DNA of 64,000 nt from Octopus sinensis (Eukaryota), in NCBI RefSeq assembly GCF_006345805.1, contig NC_042999.1, forward strand, positions 159,836,001 to 159,900,000, read 5' to 3'. The number at the start of each line of letters is the position of its first letter. The first letter of the stretch is position 1. Of the stretch, positions 1-15,107 are shown one piece after another. The notes under the pieces were generated by a model. It worked only from the letters and a program-made list of their open reading frames with translations. It was not told the origin of the DNA and made no database searches. The translations under genes and the position numbers were made by a program.

Positions 1-904
1 AGTTCAAAACAATTTGGATGACAAAGCATTAATTTTGGCAGAATAATGCAAACACTAAAGGGTTAAAGAAATCAACAGTGCTACATAGTTGATCCATGTT
101 GAGCCAAGTGGGAGGTTAGGGACAAGGAATAAAGTTATCATGATGCTATGAATCTGCTAATTTGAAGGTGGATAACAGGTAATATTCAATATCTTCCTGA
201 TATGAAAAGCAGACTTAAACAAATTGAGAAACAGTATTTACTGACCATGAGTATAAGCTGATATCAGTATACAGAACTGAATGCTGCTACCAATGTATAA
301 ACAAAAGCAACATCTGGGTCATTTTACTTTTTTACATAAAGAAGGAAGAAGCAGTGTCAAAAAGTTTGTTCTGATACTAATGAATCAATTATATTTATGA
401 ATTTCTACTCAAAAAGAACCCATAATTTTTCTGCCTTACACAGACATCGCAATTATTAATTCTTTACACTAATCGTCTAAGTCAGACTTTAAGAATTTAT
501 GTATGAGGTTAGTAAAAAATTGTTTACAAATAAAAACAAAATACACGAATACTAATTAAAACTGTAAGATAAAATAATGGTAAAGAGTTCCATGAAATTT
601 TTTCTTCTCTTATTTAACTTTCTACCATTAATAATTCAACATGAAATTGTGAAAACACATTCAACAGATAGCTTAAATTTTATTGTACATTGGCTTATAT
701 TCTTACACACAGTAACTTAATATTTACTGTGTTTACAGATTAGGTTTAATATTAGAATTAAAATGCTACTAGAAAGCAAATGTCAGTCATATCATATATG
801 GTTCTCTGAACATAGAGGAAGCCCTAACCATTTCTAATAGCAGAAAAGAAAATAAATTACAACATATAAAAGGCATTTGGCTTCTGAATCATGAGTGTGC
901 ATAC

Positions 905-957
<53 letters not shown>

Positions 958-2394
958 TACCTAAACTTATGTTAGTAATTGGTTGCAAGACATGCAATTA
1001 ACTCAAAAACGATGAAACATGAAAAAACACTTTTAAAAATTAATTTGCTTATATTTATTTTGATAAATGGTTTGTACATATTTTCCCACATTCTATTTGA
1101 TCTTCTACTTTAGTATCGGTATTAAGGTGTTTTATTTTTAATTTGTATGCTGAAACCAATAAATTGACTAATTAGCTTTTTTCTTCATTAATTTTTAAAA
1201 GGAAAAAATGTAACTCAAAATGATTGTAAGTCGAGGTATGCCTCTGTATATGCATGCACACACACACACACGCATAATTGAAATGGAATTTGAACGGGAT
1301 GAAAAGTGGTGGTGTCACTATATCAAATGAGAAGGAATAGAAATGCTATCTCTAAAAAATAATGCAAGGTGAGTGAATCATACGAATGGAAGTTAAATGT
1401 AATTAATATAAACGAAAAAAAAATATATTCTGCATATGAATTAGGAATGAAGGAAATACATGCAGGATTAATGAAAGAATATATTCAAGGAAGGTTTATA
1501 AAATCTTAAGTTCCAAAATGACATTTCCGCACAGTGAAGAATTTTACGATTGACTTTATCAAATAAAGCACTAGGTGAGTCAGATAAATTCCAGAAAACA
1601 CATTATGGCCTGTGTCAACAAATAAAAAAAACATAAGATGCTCATAACAGATTCCTACTACTCTTCTGTACACAGTACAGGTTACTAACTTATTCATTTC
1701 TCTTTGTGACCATTTTATATTTTGTAAAGACACCGAAGTTGTTTCTTTAACTAAACACCATCGTTTCTGCGTCATAATTACTGTGACAATACATTCTATC
1801 ACACACAACAACTATAACTAAACAAAATAAGATTCAGTAGCTACAACACAATTTCAAAATGAAAGTTTAAATTAAATAATTGATTAGAGATTAAATAGAT
1901 TACAATTCTGTACTGAAAAGTCTCCAAGTTCACCTTAGCATTTTTTTCTAGTATCATAGTGAAATAATTACTAAAATACGAAATATAACAAGAGTATAAC
2001 TCACTTTAGAATTATGTAGTGCCCATAACAACTAATAGAATAATCAATGTATGTCACTTATGGAATGAATAACCAAAGTAAGCCATGTGTTTTAATATCT
2101 TTCCCCCCAATCACCTGTTCATTAGAATAACAAAAAAATTTGCATTGTTTTAGCTTATAACTGGGTTTGCGCTTGGGGAAGTGTAATGAAAAGTCTTAGA
2201 TTAGAAGCTGAAAAGTATCTTAAACTGTTATAACTTGTGCAATTTATTTTTCAACAATCAAACATATTCAAAGAAATTAGAATATTTAATTTGGTCTTAT
2301 GCAAACAGTGCCCTTACAGTAAAACGAAAAAAAATAAAAATAAAAACACTCACACACAGAAGCACATAATAAAAGGTAATATATGAATATTAAA

Positions 2395-2624
2395 GGCAGC
2401 GAGCTGGCAGAAAAGTTAGCACACCGGGCGAAATACGTAGCCGTATTTCGTCTGCCTTTACGTTCTGAGTTCAAATTCCGCCGAGGTCGACTTTGCCTTT
2501 CATTCTTTCGGGGTCGATAAATTAAGTACCAGTTACGCACTGGGGTCAATATAATCGACTTAATCGGTTTGTCTGTCCTTGTTTGTCTTCTCTGTGTTTA
2601 GCCCCTTGTGGGTAGTAAAGAAAC
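2395..2624 (+). mobile_element. tRNA-headed SINE, family A
   Basis: ggc(a/g)gcgagctggcagaaa head with B-box-like gagttcaaattcc. The same sequence recurs at 5282, 48068, 50377 and 63844. Confidence 0.88.
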
Positions 2625-2971
2625 AGGTAATATATAAATATGTGCATGTGTGTGTGAGAGTAAGAGCAAGACAGTGAAACAGTGTAGGGCTGTTTACAGT
2701 ATCCAACCAGACAGCCAACGGACCCACTCAATACTGTAGATAACAGCAAGACCCCTACCCAAACCCTACATAATAGAAGGGAAAATAATCAAGCTTGCCA
2801 TAGACCATAAATATCCTGAGCTGAAATTATGGTTTTGAAAAGGAAAATGGAAAATGAAGGAAAATAAAAAATGAACTTCATAGTAACTTCTGAAATGGAT
2901 GCAGCACAACAGAAAGATGTCAGTCAACTACAGGTGTGCTCATCAATCTACTTTACCCTAACGAGATTGTG

Positions 2972-3281
2972 CTGATTAATCAATTGGCAATCACTGTCAT
3001 CATCATCATTGTTGTATTAATGTCCACATTTCCATGCTTGCATGTGTCAGACAGAGTTTACAGGGGGAAAATTTTCTATGGCCAGATGCCCTTCCTGTTG
3101 CCAACCCCCACCTGTTTCGAAGTCTGATTAATCAATTGGCAATCACTGTCGTCATCATCATTGTTGTTGTTTTAATGTCCACATTTCCATGCTTGCATGT
3201 GTCAGACAGGGTTTACAGGGGGCAAATTTTCTAAGGCCAGATGCCCTTCCTGTTGTTGCCAACCCCCACCTGTTTCGAAGT
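2972..3281. repeat. Direct tandem duplication of ~152 bp within an old retro-tail-like repeat
   Basis: ctgattaatcaattggcaatcactgtc...cctgtttcgaagt occurs twice (2972-3123 and 3124-3281). Confidence 0.9.
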
Positions 3282-3416
3282 AAGATGATATTTTCGAACG
3301 GGCCAAACATGTTTTCATAAAATATTGGAAATGAATGATACTGCTTTTATGACAATGACACTGATTAACAATTGTCATGCAATGTCAAGATAAGGAGACA
3401 CAAACATACATGCACA

Positions 3417-3905
3417 CACATCATCATCATCATTGTTCGACCGGGGTCGAGACAATGGAATTTACCATGCTACGCCAGACTTCACGGTCCATCATGGCAT
3501 TACGGAGGTCCTGTTGCCGGATGCATGTATCCCTGGAGATTACATCAGGGTAGGAGAGTGTGCGCCCTCTGGTATCGCGAGTAGATGGCTTCCAGAGGAG
3601 AAGAGTAGAAATTGCCTCGTTTTCAGCTCAACAACAATGTCCAGCAAACTGGACTCTCCTACCTTTCACAAGAGATGACTCAGGTGGTAGTTTCCTATAT
3701 ATTTGCATTTTGGTTGGATGGCGCTTCCACGAGAGATTTTGAGCTCTCATAAGGAGGCGAGTGTAGGTTCCATCCAACTGCCTCTCAAGCATCTTTGATA
3801 ACGTCCAGGTTTCTGAGCCATATAGTAGAATTGGTTCGACTGTGGTTTTGAAGATTTCAAGTTTGAAGTCTCTACTTAGATTTGATGACCAGATCTTATG
3901 CATGT
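3417..3905 (-). mobile_element. 5'-truncated RTE-clade LINE 3' fragment of a different family, with (TGA)n tail
   Basis: Translates KIWSSNLSRDFKLEIFKTTVEPILLYGSETWTL...RRVQFAGHC and ends in gaacaatgatgatgatga. Confidence 0.85.
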
Positions 3906-5281
3906 CATTACACACACATACACACACAATGGGTTGCTTTTAGTATCCATCCACTAGGTCCATTCACAAGGCTTTGGTCAACCAGAGGTAACAGTAGAAG
4001 ATGCCATATAGTGAAATGAACCTGAAATCATGTGGTTGGCTATTAAATGAGTGTTAAATTAGAAGTACAATACTAAATGATACTAAATTAACATTTTCCA
4101 ACAGTTCTAAAGAAAGTAAATCAGAAAGTAGCCCTTATACTCATAGTGGCAGCTTAGTGAGTACTCAGAAGAACAAAGATACATCTGAACTAACAAAGGA
4201 ACTTTGACATAATTGTTTTGCTACAAAAAAAGAAATAAAAGCAGCTAAATTTCTATAGGCCAAACACCCGCCACTGGAGGATGTACTTCTAGGCAGATTT
4301 CTATGTGAGAAAATAGTCATTTAAACAGAACTGTTTAGGGACTCAATAAGAAAAAAAAAACAATCATTAATAATTTCTTTTGTTCCAAGAAATCTCTGAT
4401 ACCAACAGTCATATTTACTTTGCTATAGGTCAGATAATACATTGAGTGAATGTATATTATTGTGTGACTGCCTACACACTTGACTCCGTAAAAGGTGAGT
4501 TATTTTGGAGTCGTAAATCACAAAGGCAATTTTTCAGCTAAATAACTTTGGCTTTGAAGATAGATTTTACTATACTTATAAAAGTTATACTAAATCTCAA
4601 TTGTTATGATTTCAAAATATCAAATGTCTTATGCCTAAATGTATATATTGTATCCAAGAGAATTTGAACTAGGAATCTTTACTTCTAAACTGATAACAAT
4701 TGTTAATGAGTGCCATTGTCATATCCTGGAGGATAAGAACATTATTATCCTTAGAGTACAAATAAAAGTGTTGTTGTTTGAATTTAATGTATTGCTATGT
4801 AGACAGCCAAAAATAAGACAGATGTCAGAGATGAAACAGATCATTGAATAAATAGCTAGTGAGAAACTTTCAATGAGAGACAGCAGAGGCTCTTCCTGGG
4901 GTTACATGGTAGTAATGTTGAGCAGCCATACTGGTGATAAACATTACTTCTTGATAAATAAATACTCTAAATTTTAAAAGATTGGGTTAAATGTAAGAAA
5001 AAAAAATTTAATGAACAACTACTTATCTCAAACATTTAGACATAATCACATAAATGACATCAAGAAAATATACTTCTTCATGTCATCACCCCCCACTCCC
5101 AATGTCTCAACCATAATAATAGGCTGTCACAAATTTTGAGTAAATAACTGTTTCTACTTAAATTTAATTTAAATCAAAGAATGCAAAAATATCAATTTCT
5201 AAAAGGATTCTTTTAAAGAAACCTAGCAAAACATTTCTTTCATAGCACAAACTATTATACTGGAATGTTCAACATACCTAT

Positions 5282-5504
5282 TTCTACCCACAAGGGGCTA
5301 AACACAGAGAGGACAAACAAGGACAGACAAATGGATTAAGTCGATTATATCGACCCCAGTGCATAACTGGTACTTATTTAATCGACCCCGAAAGGATGAA
5401 AGGCAAAGTCGACCTCGGCGAAATTCGAACTCAGAACGTAGTGGCAGACGAAATACGGCTAAGCATTTCACCCGGCGTTCTAACGTTTCTGCCACATCGC
5501 CGCC
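5282..5504 (-). mobile_element. SINE family A with 14-bp TSD
   Basis: TSD ttcaacatacctat at 5268-5281 and 5505-5518. Confidence 0.9.
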
Positions 5505-6172
5505 TTCAACATACCTATGATCAAAGACATTCCAACCTTGACCGTACCTTGCTTTTCAATATTTTGGAAAACATCCAATATGTTCTCTCTATTGTGAAAC
5601 AGAAGAGTGTAATCTGATAGAGATTTTGCTATCATATCTAGCAGGTAGAGTGATCACAGAGACTTCTTTTGTTAGTTCATGAAGAAAAATTTAATGATAT
5701 ATGTATTCATGCAGATACATTAGATCTAGGTTCATAACTATCAATATATGGGTTATAAAATATAAGGCACAAATTCCCATACTTGAACAATATGATGAAA
5801 TTACTAAAATATGACTAAGTTTGAACATATACAAGTTTGTGATGCTATGCCATAAGCAATACAGAAAATATTGAGATCTTAAATCAATAATAAATATTAA
5901 AATGCAGGTAAAACCAATGTTATAAATAAAATATGGAAACAAAAAGATTAAAATCAGTAGCTAATATTTCTCAATCCTTTGTTATTTTACTTGTGAAACA
6001 ATACCCTAACTAAAAACCATACTTTTATCTTGAAGCTCACAAATAAGAAACTCAAAAGATAGTTCTTCATATGAACAAGGTCAACTTACGACAGAGAAAA
6101 CTAAGATAAAATGTGAAAATTAAAAGAAGTTTCAAAACAAAAAAAAAAACTGTTTCATGCATACATACATAT

Positions 6173-7075
6173 ATCATCATTTAATGTCTGTCTTCCATGC
6201 TGGCATGGGTTGAACAGGTTGACAGGGAGTTGCCCGCTGAAGAGCTGCTCAGGTTTCATGTCTGTTTTGACACTGTTTCTACGGCTGGATGCCCTTCCTA
6301 ATGCTAACCACTCCGAGAGTGTAGTGGGTGCTTTTTACATGCCACCGGCACGGGGGGCCAGTCAGGCGATACTGGCAACGACCTCGCTCGAATCTTTTTA
6401 CACATGCCACCAGCACAGGTGCCTGTAAGGCGATGCTGGTAACGATCACGCTCGAACGGTGCCCTTTACGTGCCACCGGCCCAGAAGCCAGTAAGCCGCT
6501 CTTTGCAAAGGTGCATTATGTAGAGTGGAATGCTTTACAAGATTCCATATGAATACTCTGTGTAGGTGTGTCATCACCGTCATCACCAATTAAGGTCCCA
6601 TTTTCCATGTTGGCATGGTTTCTACGGCTGGATGCCCTTCCTCACGCCAACCATTTTACAGAGTGTACTGGATGCTTTTACGCAGCACTGGCACAGATGC
6701 ATTTACAAGACACTGATTCAGGGGCTCTTTACCTGGCACCAGTTCCCATGAGCCTACAAGATCAGGAATGCTCAGCTGGAGAGGGACGCAGGGGACAAGC
6801 CTGTATTCAAGGGCAACTACACTTTCACTTAGCTTGACATCCCTTTTCATGCACAGCAAACCCCCAGGAGTTTCAGTCCCTTGTCATCTCCTCTGTGAGT
6901 CCCAACATCTGTAGATCCTTTCTCACCACTTCGTCCCACAAGTTCCTTCTACAATTAGAGATCAGCACCTCTTGATGCAATTGTCTTCACTCATACACAT
7001 TTCTTGGCTATATGAGTGCAGTCTTCTCTCTTGCATGCTACATTTGATGCCTCGTATACCCAGTTTTTCTCTCTG
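6173..7075 (-). mobile_element. Two adjacent older RTE 3'-end fragments (~6173-6500 and ~6570-7075)
   Basis: Both share the tttctacggctggatgcccttcc 3' UTR core; the second includes the degraded ORF end. Confidence 0.7.
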
Positions 7076-7464
7076 TCATGTGTGTGTGTGTATGTACTCA
7101 TACACAAGACTTCACAAGCTGTGAAAAAATATATATATATATAATCACACATTCACACCTTATGTATGTGTGAAGTCTTATGTACGTGTACACTCACTCA
7201 CATACACCCATAATATATATGTATATGAGAAAATATTTTTTTAATAGATCAAAATCTAACAGTTTATTGTAATGCCACACTAACTCATAAAAACATAAGT
7301 TAAGTCAAAAGTCTTTCCAGATTTTCACTGATGATTTTTGGCAACTTGTACCTTTAGGTTATATCATTTTGATACAACTAGTTATCTAATTGTTATTAAA
7401 TCTTTTATGCTTTATTTTCATATATAATGTAAACATTCTTTATTCTTTATTTTACAGTTTTATT

Positions 7465-8570
7465 AATGGGTGGTGTAAAAAAAATGCAATTAGAGCCATT
7501 TTAACACAACCTGTAGGAAAAAAGACTGAGCGCAAGGGCAGAAACAAGACAAATGAATGATGTGGAAGGCCCAGGAACTGTCAAGGAAGGAGTGGCACAA
7601 AACTGGTTCAGACATTTGAAGGAAGGTGAGGCTTTGCTTCAAGTGGTTGAACAGCAACAAAGCACAAGCTCTTATACATTTTCACAAAGCGGAATGACAG
7701 TCAAGGAAACCTGTTGTAGAAGATGAAGTCTTGTTTCAAATGGTTAAACAACTGCCAAGCACAAGCTCTCATACATTTTTGGCAGACCTTGCTCCTTCAC
7801 AAAGCACCATCAAATGACTCGGTCCTTATGAACAGACACTATCAACAAGTTCCTCATGAACTGACCAATGGCTAGTCTCAGCAACATGTGAACATTTGCA
7901 ACAACTGCCAGCAAATCTTTGAGATGCCCATTTTTTGGAGTTAAATTGTAACTGGGGATGAAAGTTTGATCTATTTTCGTAATCCTAATAAGAGAAATCA
8001 ATGGCTTCATTCTAGCTAGGCTTCAGAACCTGACATCAAACAAGTGTTGTTTGAACAGAAGATTATGTTGTGTGTTTGGTGGAATTTTTTGAGATAATGC
8101 GCTTTGAGCTTGTTCCAGATGATTAAGTTTCAATGCTAACCTTTGCGCTCAACAACTGCAGCAAGTACATGATGCTTTCAAAGCCTGCTGCCAAGCACTG
8201 GTCAATCAAAGACTTGCACTCCTACAGAATGACATTGCCCCAGCAAACACAAACTTAAAGAACGTGAAGGGCTGGAAGTACTGCTCACCCTGCCTACAGT
8301 CCAGACCTGATTCCATCAGATTACCACCTTTTCCAAGCCAGGGTTCATTTCCTGCATGGATACAGGTTCAATAATGTGGATGAAATTGTAAATGGGTGCA
8401 AGGGGGCTTTTTGCATCTATACCAGCTAAATGGTTGCTATCATTGAATTTCTGGCTCAATGATGGCAACAGACAATAGAATATTATGGTATATATTTACA
8501 TACACAATTTGTTTGGACTATTAATTAAAATTTGAAATATGAAAAAAAACTTTTGACTCAGCCTGGTACT
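7465..8570 (+). mobile_element. Degenerate mariner (DD34D) transposon
   Basis: Fragmented motifs QNWFRHLKEG, VTGDE, IMLCVWWN and HPAYSPDLIPSDYHLF, with many stops and frameshifts. Ends are approximate. Confidence 0.85.
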
Positions 8571-8760
8571 TTCTAAATCAATGATGATAGAAACATAGCC
8601 ACATGTCACTTAAAAAAAAAAAGAAAAGAAATCAAGCAGCTTCACATCAACTTACTAAATTTAGTTACCAAAACATAACTATTATTTTTTTTTCCCTCAG
8701 TCCCTCAAAATTTATAAGTAAACTTCCAGGAGATTTGTTTTACATATTTTTTTTTATTTT

Positions 8761-8957
8761 TTACTTGTTTCAGTCATTTGACTGCGGCCATGCTGGAGCA
8801 CCGCCTTTAGTCGAGCAAATCGACCCCGGGACTTATTCCTTTGTAAGCCCAGTACTTATTCTATCGGTCTCTTTTGCCGAACCGCTAAGTGACGGGGACG
8901 TAAACACACCAGCATTGGTTGTCAAGCAATGCTAGGGGAACAAACACAGACACACAA

Positions 8958-9016
<59 letters not shown>

Positions 9017-9183
9017 TATACGACAGGCTTCTTTCAGTTACCGTCTACCAAATCCACTCACAAGGCATTGGTCGGCCCGAGGCTATAGTAGAAGACACTT
9101 GCCCAAGGTGCCACGCAGTGGGACTGAACCCGGAACCATGTGGTTGGTTAGCAAGCTACTTACCACACAGCCACTCCTGCGCC
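8761..9183 (-). mobile_element. tRNA-headed SINE, family B, with internal (TA)n/(TG)n
   Basis: Head ggcgcaggagtggctgtgtggtaag...gggttcagtccc; 3' end cagtcaaatgactgaaacaagtaa. Confidence 0.9.
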
Positions 9184-10051
9184 TATATGTATTTGAAAAA
9201 TTTCAAAACACTATGATGGAACATTTCCACCTTTTGGATAATCTATATATGTCTACAGATTTCTATGTACATTTGCTGCAATTAATTCTACCCCACATCT
9301 GAGAGCATGACCTAGTGTATATATAAACATTACAAAGCATTCATGAACATACATTCAAACACATGTACTAACATTCTTAAGTTTATTCGGTGTTTAACAA
9401 ATTTCATATCTAATCAAAATCTAGGCAGGGAAATATATAAAATAAAGACACAAAAAATGAATTAAAACTGAACAAATATCTGATATTGTACTGACATTTG
9501 CTTTAGAACAACTAAACCAAATAAATTTTCTTTGGAATAGCTAACCCCAATAAATAAACTTACTGATTTGCAAATATTTTCTAAGGATTAGCTTAAAAAA
9601 ATTGGAAATACCTTTCAGATTACACTATGAATAGCTCTGTATGATATAAAAGGCTACAACATAATTCATAGATTAACAACTTTTAAACAACAATTTATGA
9701 AATACATTCTAACTACAGAAAATATTCAAAAATAAAAAAACAACAAAAGTTTGAAATAAATTGGCTAACAAAAAACAAGATGTGATAATCTCTTGTGGAC
9801 TAAATAACAAATGAGCAATTAGGCATGCTATCTTGATGATGCTAGGGTGCAAATTGTGTGACTGAACATAAAAACAAAACTCACAACAAGAGATACAACA
9901 ATAAGTACAGTGGCAACTACATTAATAACAACCATGCAGACACTAGGCAGGAAACTAAAATGAAGCAAGGACAAACAGCAAAACTTATGACTGAACTGAG
10001 ATACAGGACTGATGCAGAAATCTTCAAGGCAATAAACTAAACAGCAATTGA

Positions 10052-10437
10052 ATATATATAAAAGTGAGGTTGTGTGCTGTCTGTCTCCTACGATTTAGAT
10101 TCCTAACTACTCCCACATTTTGCGGTGCAGTTTAACCAAAACCGGGTATCTTATAGTCGTGATTCATATCGAGCCCTTCTGGGTATAGGCGCGTCTACGA
10201 TGAGTCTACGATTTAAAAATTTACCATCAATTTTTCCCATTTTTAATGCATTTTTGGCATATATAAGGGAAGTAACTCTCTAAAAATTTATTATTAAATC
10301 TCAACGTAAAAAGCTACAGTAACACCCCCCCCTTTGTGGTTAGCCATATTGAGATGGCTATTATACTTTACATCTCTAAAAATGCTTATATAGTTATTTC
10401 CCTTACAAACCCGAGCAACGCCGGGCGATACTGCTAG
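10052..10437 (+). mobile_element. Non-autonomous Helitron-like element (family H1)
   Basis: Begins tatatataaaagtgaggttgtgtg and ends cccgagcaacgccgggcgatactgCTAG followed by T, with a short CCCG/CGGG subterminal stem. Confidence 0.8.
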
Positions 10438-10932
10438 TTGAATATAAATATAAACTCTATCTTCTATTAAAGTAACGGTTGTGGTGATTACAGTGTAAAC
10501 TAAATGAAGTAATTAAAACATTTCGGGTTTTTTTTTGGTTTTTTTTTTGGTTTTTTTTCATATTTTAGTCATGGGAGGATGAGCAGCATCCGCAACCTTA
10601 TTCAATATCTCCAAAAACAGTGAAAGAAAATGCCTAGACTGGGATGTCTAGCCCAATGCTTGAAACAGGGTGAATTCTGCTAAGGCACCATTGGCCAGGG
10701 AGTGGAGTTAAACCAGATGACTATGCAAAAAACAAGAGTGATTCTTCCAGGGGATCTGGACACAATTTCATTCTACCAAAGACTGTGTTCTACCAGAAGC
10801 CACGGTGGATGAGATTTGTCCAAAGTGCTACACCATGGGATTAAACTCAAAATCATGTAGCTGTGTACTAAAAATTTTAACAGCACAACCATGCCTGTGC
10901 CCTGCATGTATGTATATATAGATAAGATGTGT

Positions 10933-11369
10933 CCGTGGCACATAAAAAAAAAACACCATCCGAGCGTGGCCATTCGCCAGCCTCGTCTGGCACCTGTGTC
11001 GGTGGCACATAAAAAACACCATCCGAGTGTGGCCGTTCGCCAGCCTCGTCTGGCACCTGTGTCGGTGGCACATAAAAAACACCATCCGAGCGTGGCCGTT
11101 CGCCAGCCTCGTCTGGCACCTGTGTCGGTGGCACATAAAAAACACCATCCGAGCGTGGCCGTTCGCCAGCCTCGTCTGGCACCTGTGTCGGTGGCGCATA
11201 AAAAGCACCCACTACACTCACGGAGTGGTTGGCATTAGGAAGGGCATCCAGCTGTAGAAACACTACCAGATCTGACTGGCCTGGTGCAGCCTTCGGGCTT
11301 CCCAGACCCCAGTTGAACCGTCCAACCCATGCTAGCATGGAAAGCAGACGTTAAACGATGATGATGATG
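10933..11369 (+). mobile_element. RTE LINE 3' end carrying 4 near-identical 63-bp tandem units
   Basis: caccatc recurs at 10954, 11017, 11080 and 11143. The 3' end matches the LINE 3' UTR and has a (GAT)n tail. Confidence 0.9.
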
Positions 11370-11807
11370 CACTGAAAAATATATGTACACAATAAGGGGT
11401 AAGTAGAACTAAAGGATTTTGAAGCTGCCCACATACTGAATTCTAGCTGGAAGAGGTGGAAAATATTAATAAGAAAGAATTAAATACCTTCATACTTTAA
11501 AGTCAAATTTGAGGCACAACCAGTGCCACAGAACAAGCCTTCCATATGAGCCATGGCAGACTCTATATGATCATTGGACCCGGCAGAAATAGCATCCAAA
11601 TCTTCCTCTAAAACACACACTACTAATTTAAAAAGGAAGGACACAATAGTCCAAACTAGCATGATCTGAAATGTCTTTTATAACAGATCTGCTTAGTTGG
11701 GGCTGAAGTGGGACTAAACAACAACAGTAGCCTTCATTGCAACTTCCACAACTACATACATATTTATAAATATACATGTATGCATGTGTTTATTATATAT
11801 ATATATA

Positions 11808-11967
11808 GGCGCAGGAGTGGCTGTGTGGTAAGTAGCTTGCTTACCAACCACATGGTTCCGGGTTCAGTCCCACTGCATGGCATCTTGGGCAAGTGTCTTC
11901 TGCTATAGCCCCGGGCCGACCAAAGCCTTGTGAGTGGATTTGGTAGACAGAAACTGAAAGAAGCCTG

Positions 11968-12013
<46 letters not shown>

Positions 12014-12202
12014 TTGTCCCCCTAGCATTACTTGACAACCGATGCTGGTGTGTTTACGTCCCCGTCACTTAGCGGTTTGGCAAAAGTGACCGATAGAATA
12101 AGTACTGGGCTTACAAATAATAAGTCCTGGGGTCGATTTGCTCGACTAAAGGTGGTGCTCCAGCATGGCCGCAGTCAAATGACTGAAACAAGTAAAAGAG
12201 TA
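11808..12202 (+). mobile_element. SINE family B
   Basis: Full-length match to 8761-9183 in the opposite orientation. Confidence 0.9.
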
Positions 12203-12395
12203 TATATGCAAGAGCAAGTGTGTTTGAAAAGGTTTAACGAAAGCACTTACTAGAAGAAAAAAGTTTTCCCAAAAATGGTTAGTAACATCCTCACAAAAGA
12301 TTTCATAAAATTATTTTTACATTTCAAAACTTTATCAAGTAATCCTCAAAGACATTCAAATATATATATAAATATACACACATATGTGTGCATGC

Positions 12396-12429
<34 letters not shown>

Positions 12430-14498
12430 GCGCGCGCACACATAGAGAGAGAGCACAATGACCAAATAGGTTATATTAATATTTGATGGTTATCTCCAAG
12501 TGATTTAGCAAATGTGAGTTGCAAATGTATAATGCCTAATATAGAATAGAATTTCCTTGAGCAAAGTACTTACGTCAACTTGCCTGAGTTTATCTAATTT
12601 TAAAGTATGTACTAACTGATCAGAGTAAACTAATTTGCAATATACTAGCTTCTAAATTATGACTGAGAGTCATATGCACTCTTTACTGTCACAGACACGT
12701 GTGACAATTACAGACTCAAGTGTCTTTCCAGTGGCCAAAAGAGTAAGATAGCAAACTATTAACTTGATGTTTTCTGACAGTATTTTCCCAAAAGAATACT
12801 ATCACTACCACACCATCATTATCATCATCAACATTTTACAATAAACAGATTAACTGCAAACAAGTTGTAAGCCAAATTCACACTACACATGTGTGTTCTT
12901 TTTTCATCATCATCATCGTTTAACGCCTGCTTTCCATGCTAGCATGGGTTGGACAATTTCAATCATACCTGCAAATTTGAGAAGGAAGAATCTTGCACTT
13001 ACACAGTCCAGAAATTTTGTTATGAATTTTTCTGGACTTGAAGGTAAAGGATTCATGAAAATGTTGTTGATTTAATATGAATAAGTCAATGCAACAGAAT
13101 GGTTTGGCAGACTCATTAGAATATCAGATAGGATGCTTTGCAATATTTGTTTTAATCCTCAGCATATTGCTAATCCCACAGTGAAGTCAACACATTGTTT
13201 TCCATCCTTTATTGTGGCAATAAAGAAAATACCAATCCAGAACAATGTGAATTAGTGGAATTGTTAAAGAGTTAGATGAGATGCAGGCAGTTTCAGTCTT
13301 TTGAACACAAACTCTGCTTCTACCACAAGGAACAGTGATACGATTGTCAAAAAAGATGATAGTATGACCAAAGAGACAAGAAAACCTGTAATTAGACAAC
13401 TCCAGCAGGTTGGCAACCCAAGAAGGGTATTGCTAAATAAAATCTTCACATCAGTTAAGAATCAACCAGGAATAGGATTAATGGAAAGTGTCTTCATGGA
13501 CGGATGCAGTCTGAAAATTTGGGGAGAAGCAAAAGAGGAAAATGTCTATAGGAATACACAGGATTATAATCCACAATGTTTAAGTTTCAAGGGGGTATTA
13601 TAATTACTGATAAGACTGGAAGCAAAATCATAAAACTAATATAACGAGAAAAGTTGTAAAATTCCACATTTTCTTTTCTTTTCTTTAATATATGGTACTG
13701 TGTAAATGGGTAAGTTTAGCAGTAAATTTAAGTTAATTGACTGGGTATCCATTTTTAAAGTAGCTTAAGAGTGACTCTTAGAGTAGAGTTAAATATAACA
13801 TGATAAAAATTTTTATAATAGCTCTTCATAATATTTTTACAGCACTTGATTGTGTTATTACCAATATGGAAGGTGTCAATATCACATAATCATTACCATA
13901 AGAAGATACAGTGTCTCTGAATAAACAATAGATTAATATTTTCTCTTCGCAAAACAGATTTTCAATAAATGTTTTATGCCAATTTCTTGATACGTGACTA
14001 GTATATCAATTTTCTTTATCGTTTATCTTTTTTTTTTTACATAACGTACATAAACAAGACCTCCATTATTTCTTTCACTAATTCGCACATGCAAGAATTT
14101 TATTTTAGCATTTTCACTTTAACCTTAATGTCATTTTGAAAGAACAGAAAGAAAATGGACTCGAGACCAGTAAAGTTGAAACTACTGATATAATTGGGGC
14201 AGGGTGAAGTATGGAAAAAAATGGTAACCGATATAATTTGCTTTTGCAATATGGTTTCAAATTATTACTACAAAACTGAGAATATGTGTGTACATATGTA
14301 CACACACATATCTATATATGTATATATAAACAGGAAGCGACATATGTATACATATATACAAATATGAACACATGAATGTAAATACGCACATGTATGCTGA
14401 TACTGAAATTAAACATTAAAATGCACGAATAAAAATATACATCAAGTAATCTACATATATATATATATATATATGTACATATATACATATATATATGT

Positions 14499-14692
14499 GC
14501 AGGTGGCACGTAAAAAGTACCCACTACACTCTTGAGTGGTTGGCGTTAGGAAGGACATCAAGCTGTAGAAACTCTTTCAGATCAAGACTGGATCATGGTG
14601 CAGCCATCTGGGCAGCCCTCAGTCAAAACCGTCCAACCTATGCTAGCATGGAGAACGGACGTTAAACGATGATGATGATGATACATACATAC
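14499..14692 (+). mobile_element. RTE LINE 3'-end fragment followed by a long AT/ATAC microsatellite (to ~15105)
   Basis: 3' UTR core and (GAT)n tail. Confidence 0.82.
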
Positions 14693-15047
14693 ATACATAT
14701 ATCCATAGATACATATATATATATATATACATACAAATACATACATACATACATATATACATAGATATATATATATATAGATATATATACATACATATGA
14801 ATACATACGTATGTATAGATACACAGATATATACACATACATATAAATACATACATATATATAAATACACAGATATATACATACGTATACATATATACTT
14901 ATATATACATACATACTTATATATATACATATATACTTATATATATACATATATACATACATATGTATACATATATACTTATATATATATGTAAATACAT
15001 ATATATACATTTTTACTTATATACACATATATGTATATATATGTGTC

Positions 15048-15107
<60 letters not shown>

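Noticed and set aside
4429-4494. Plus-strand ag/gtgagt-bounded exon-like segment
   Set aside because: Stops in all three frames and no partner exons.
9882-9955. Minus-strand exon-like hydrophobic peptide VCMVVINVVATVLIVVSLV with a gtgagt donor
   Set aside because: Phase is incompatible with the PIX exons, T-rich DNA gives hydrophobic peptides by chance, and PIX has no transmembrane segment.
11486-11610. Phase 1-1 exon-like segment EEDLDAISAGSNDHIESAM...
   Set aside because: It overlaps a degenerate repeat motif (gctatttct...) seen elsewhere in the window, has a weak donor and shows no PIX similarity.
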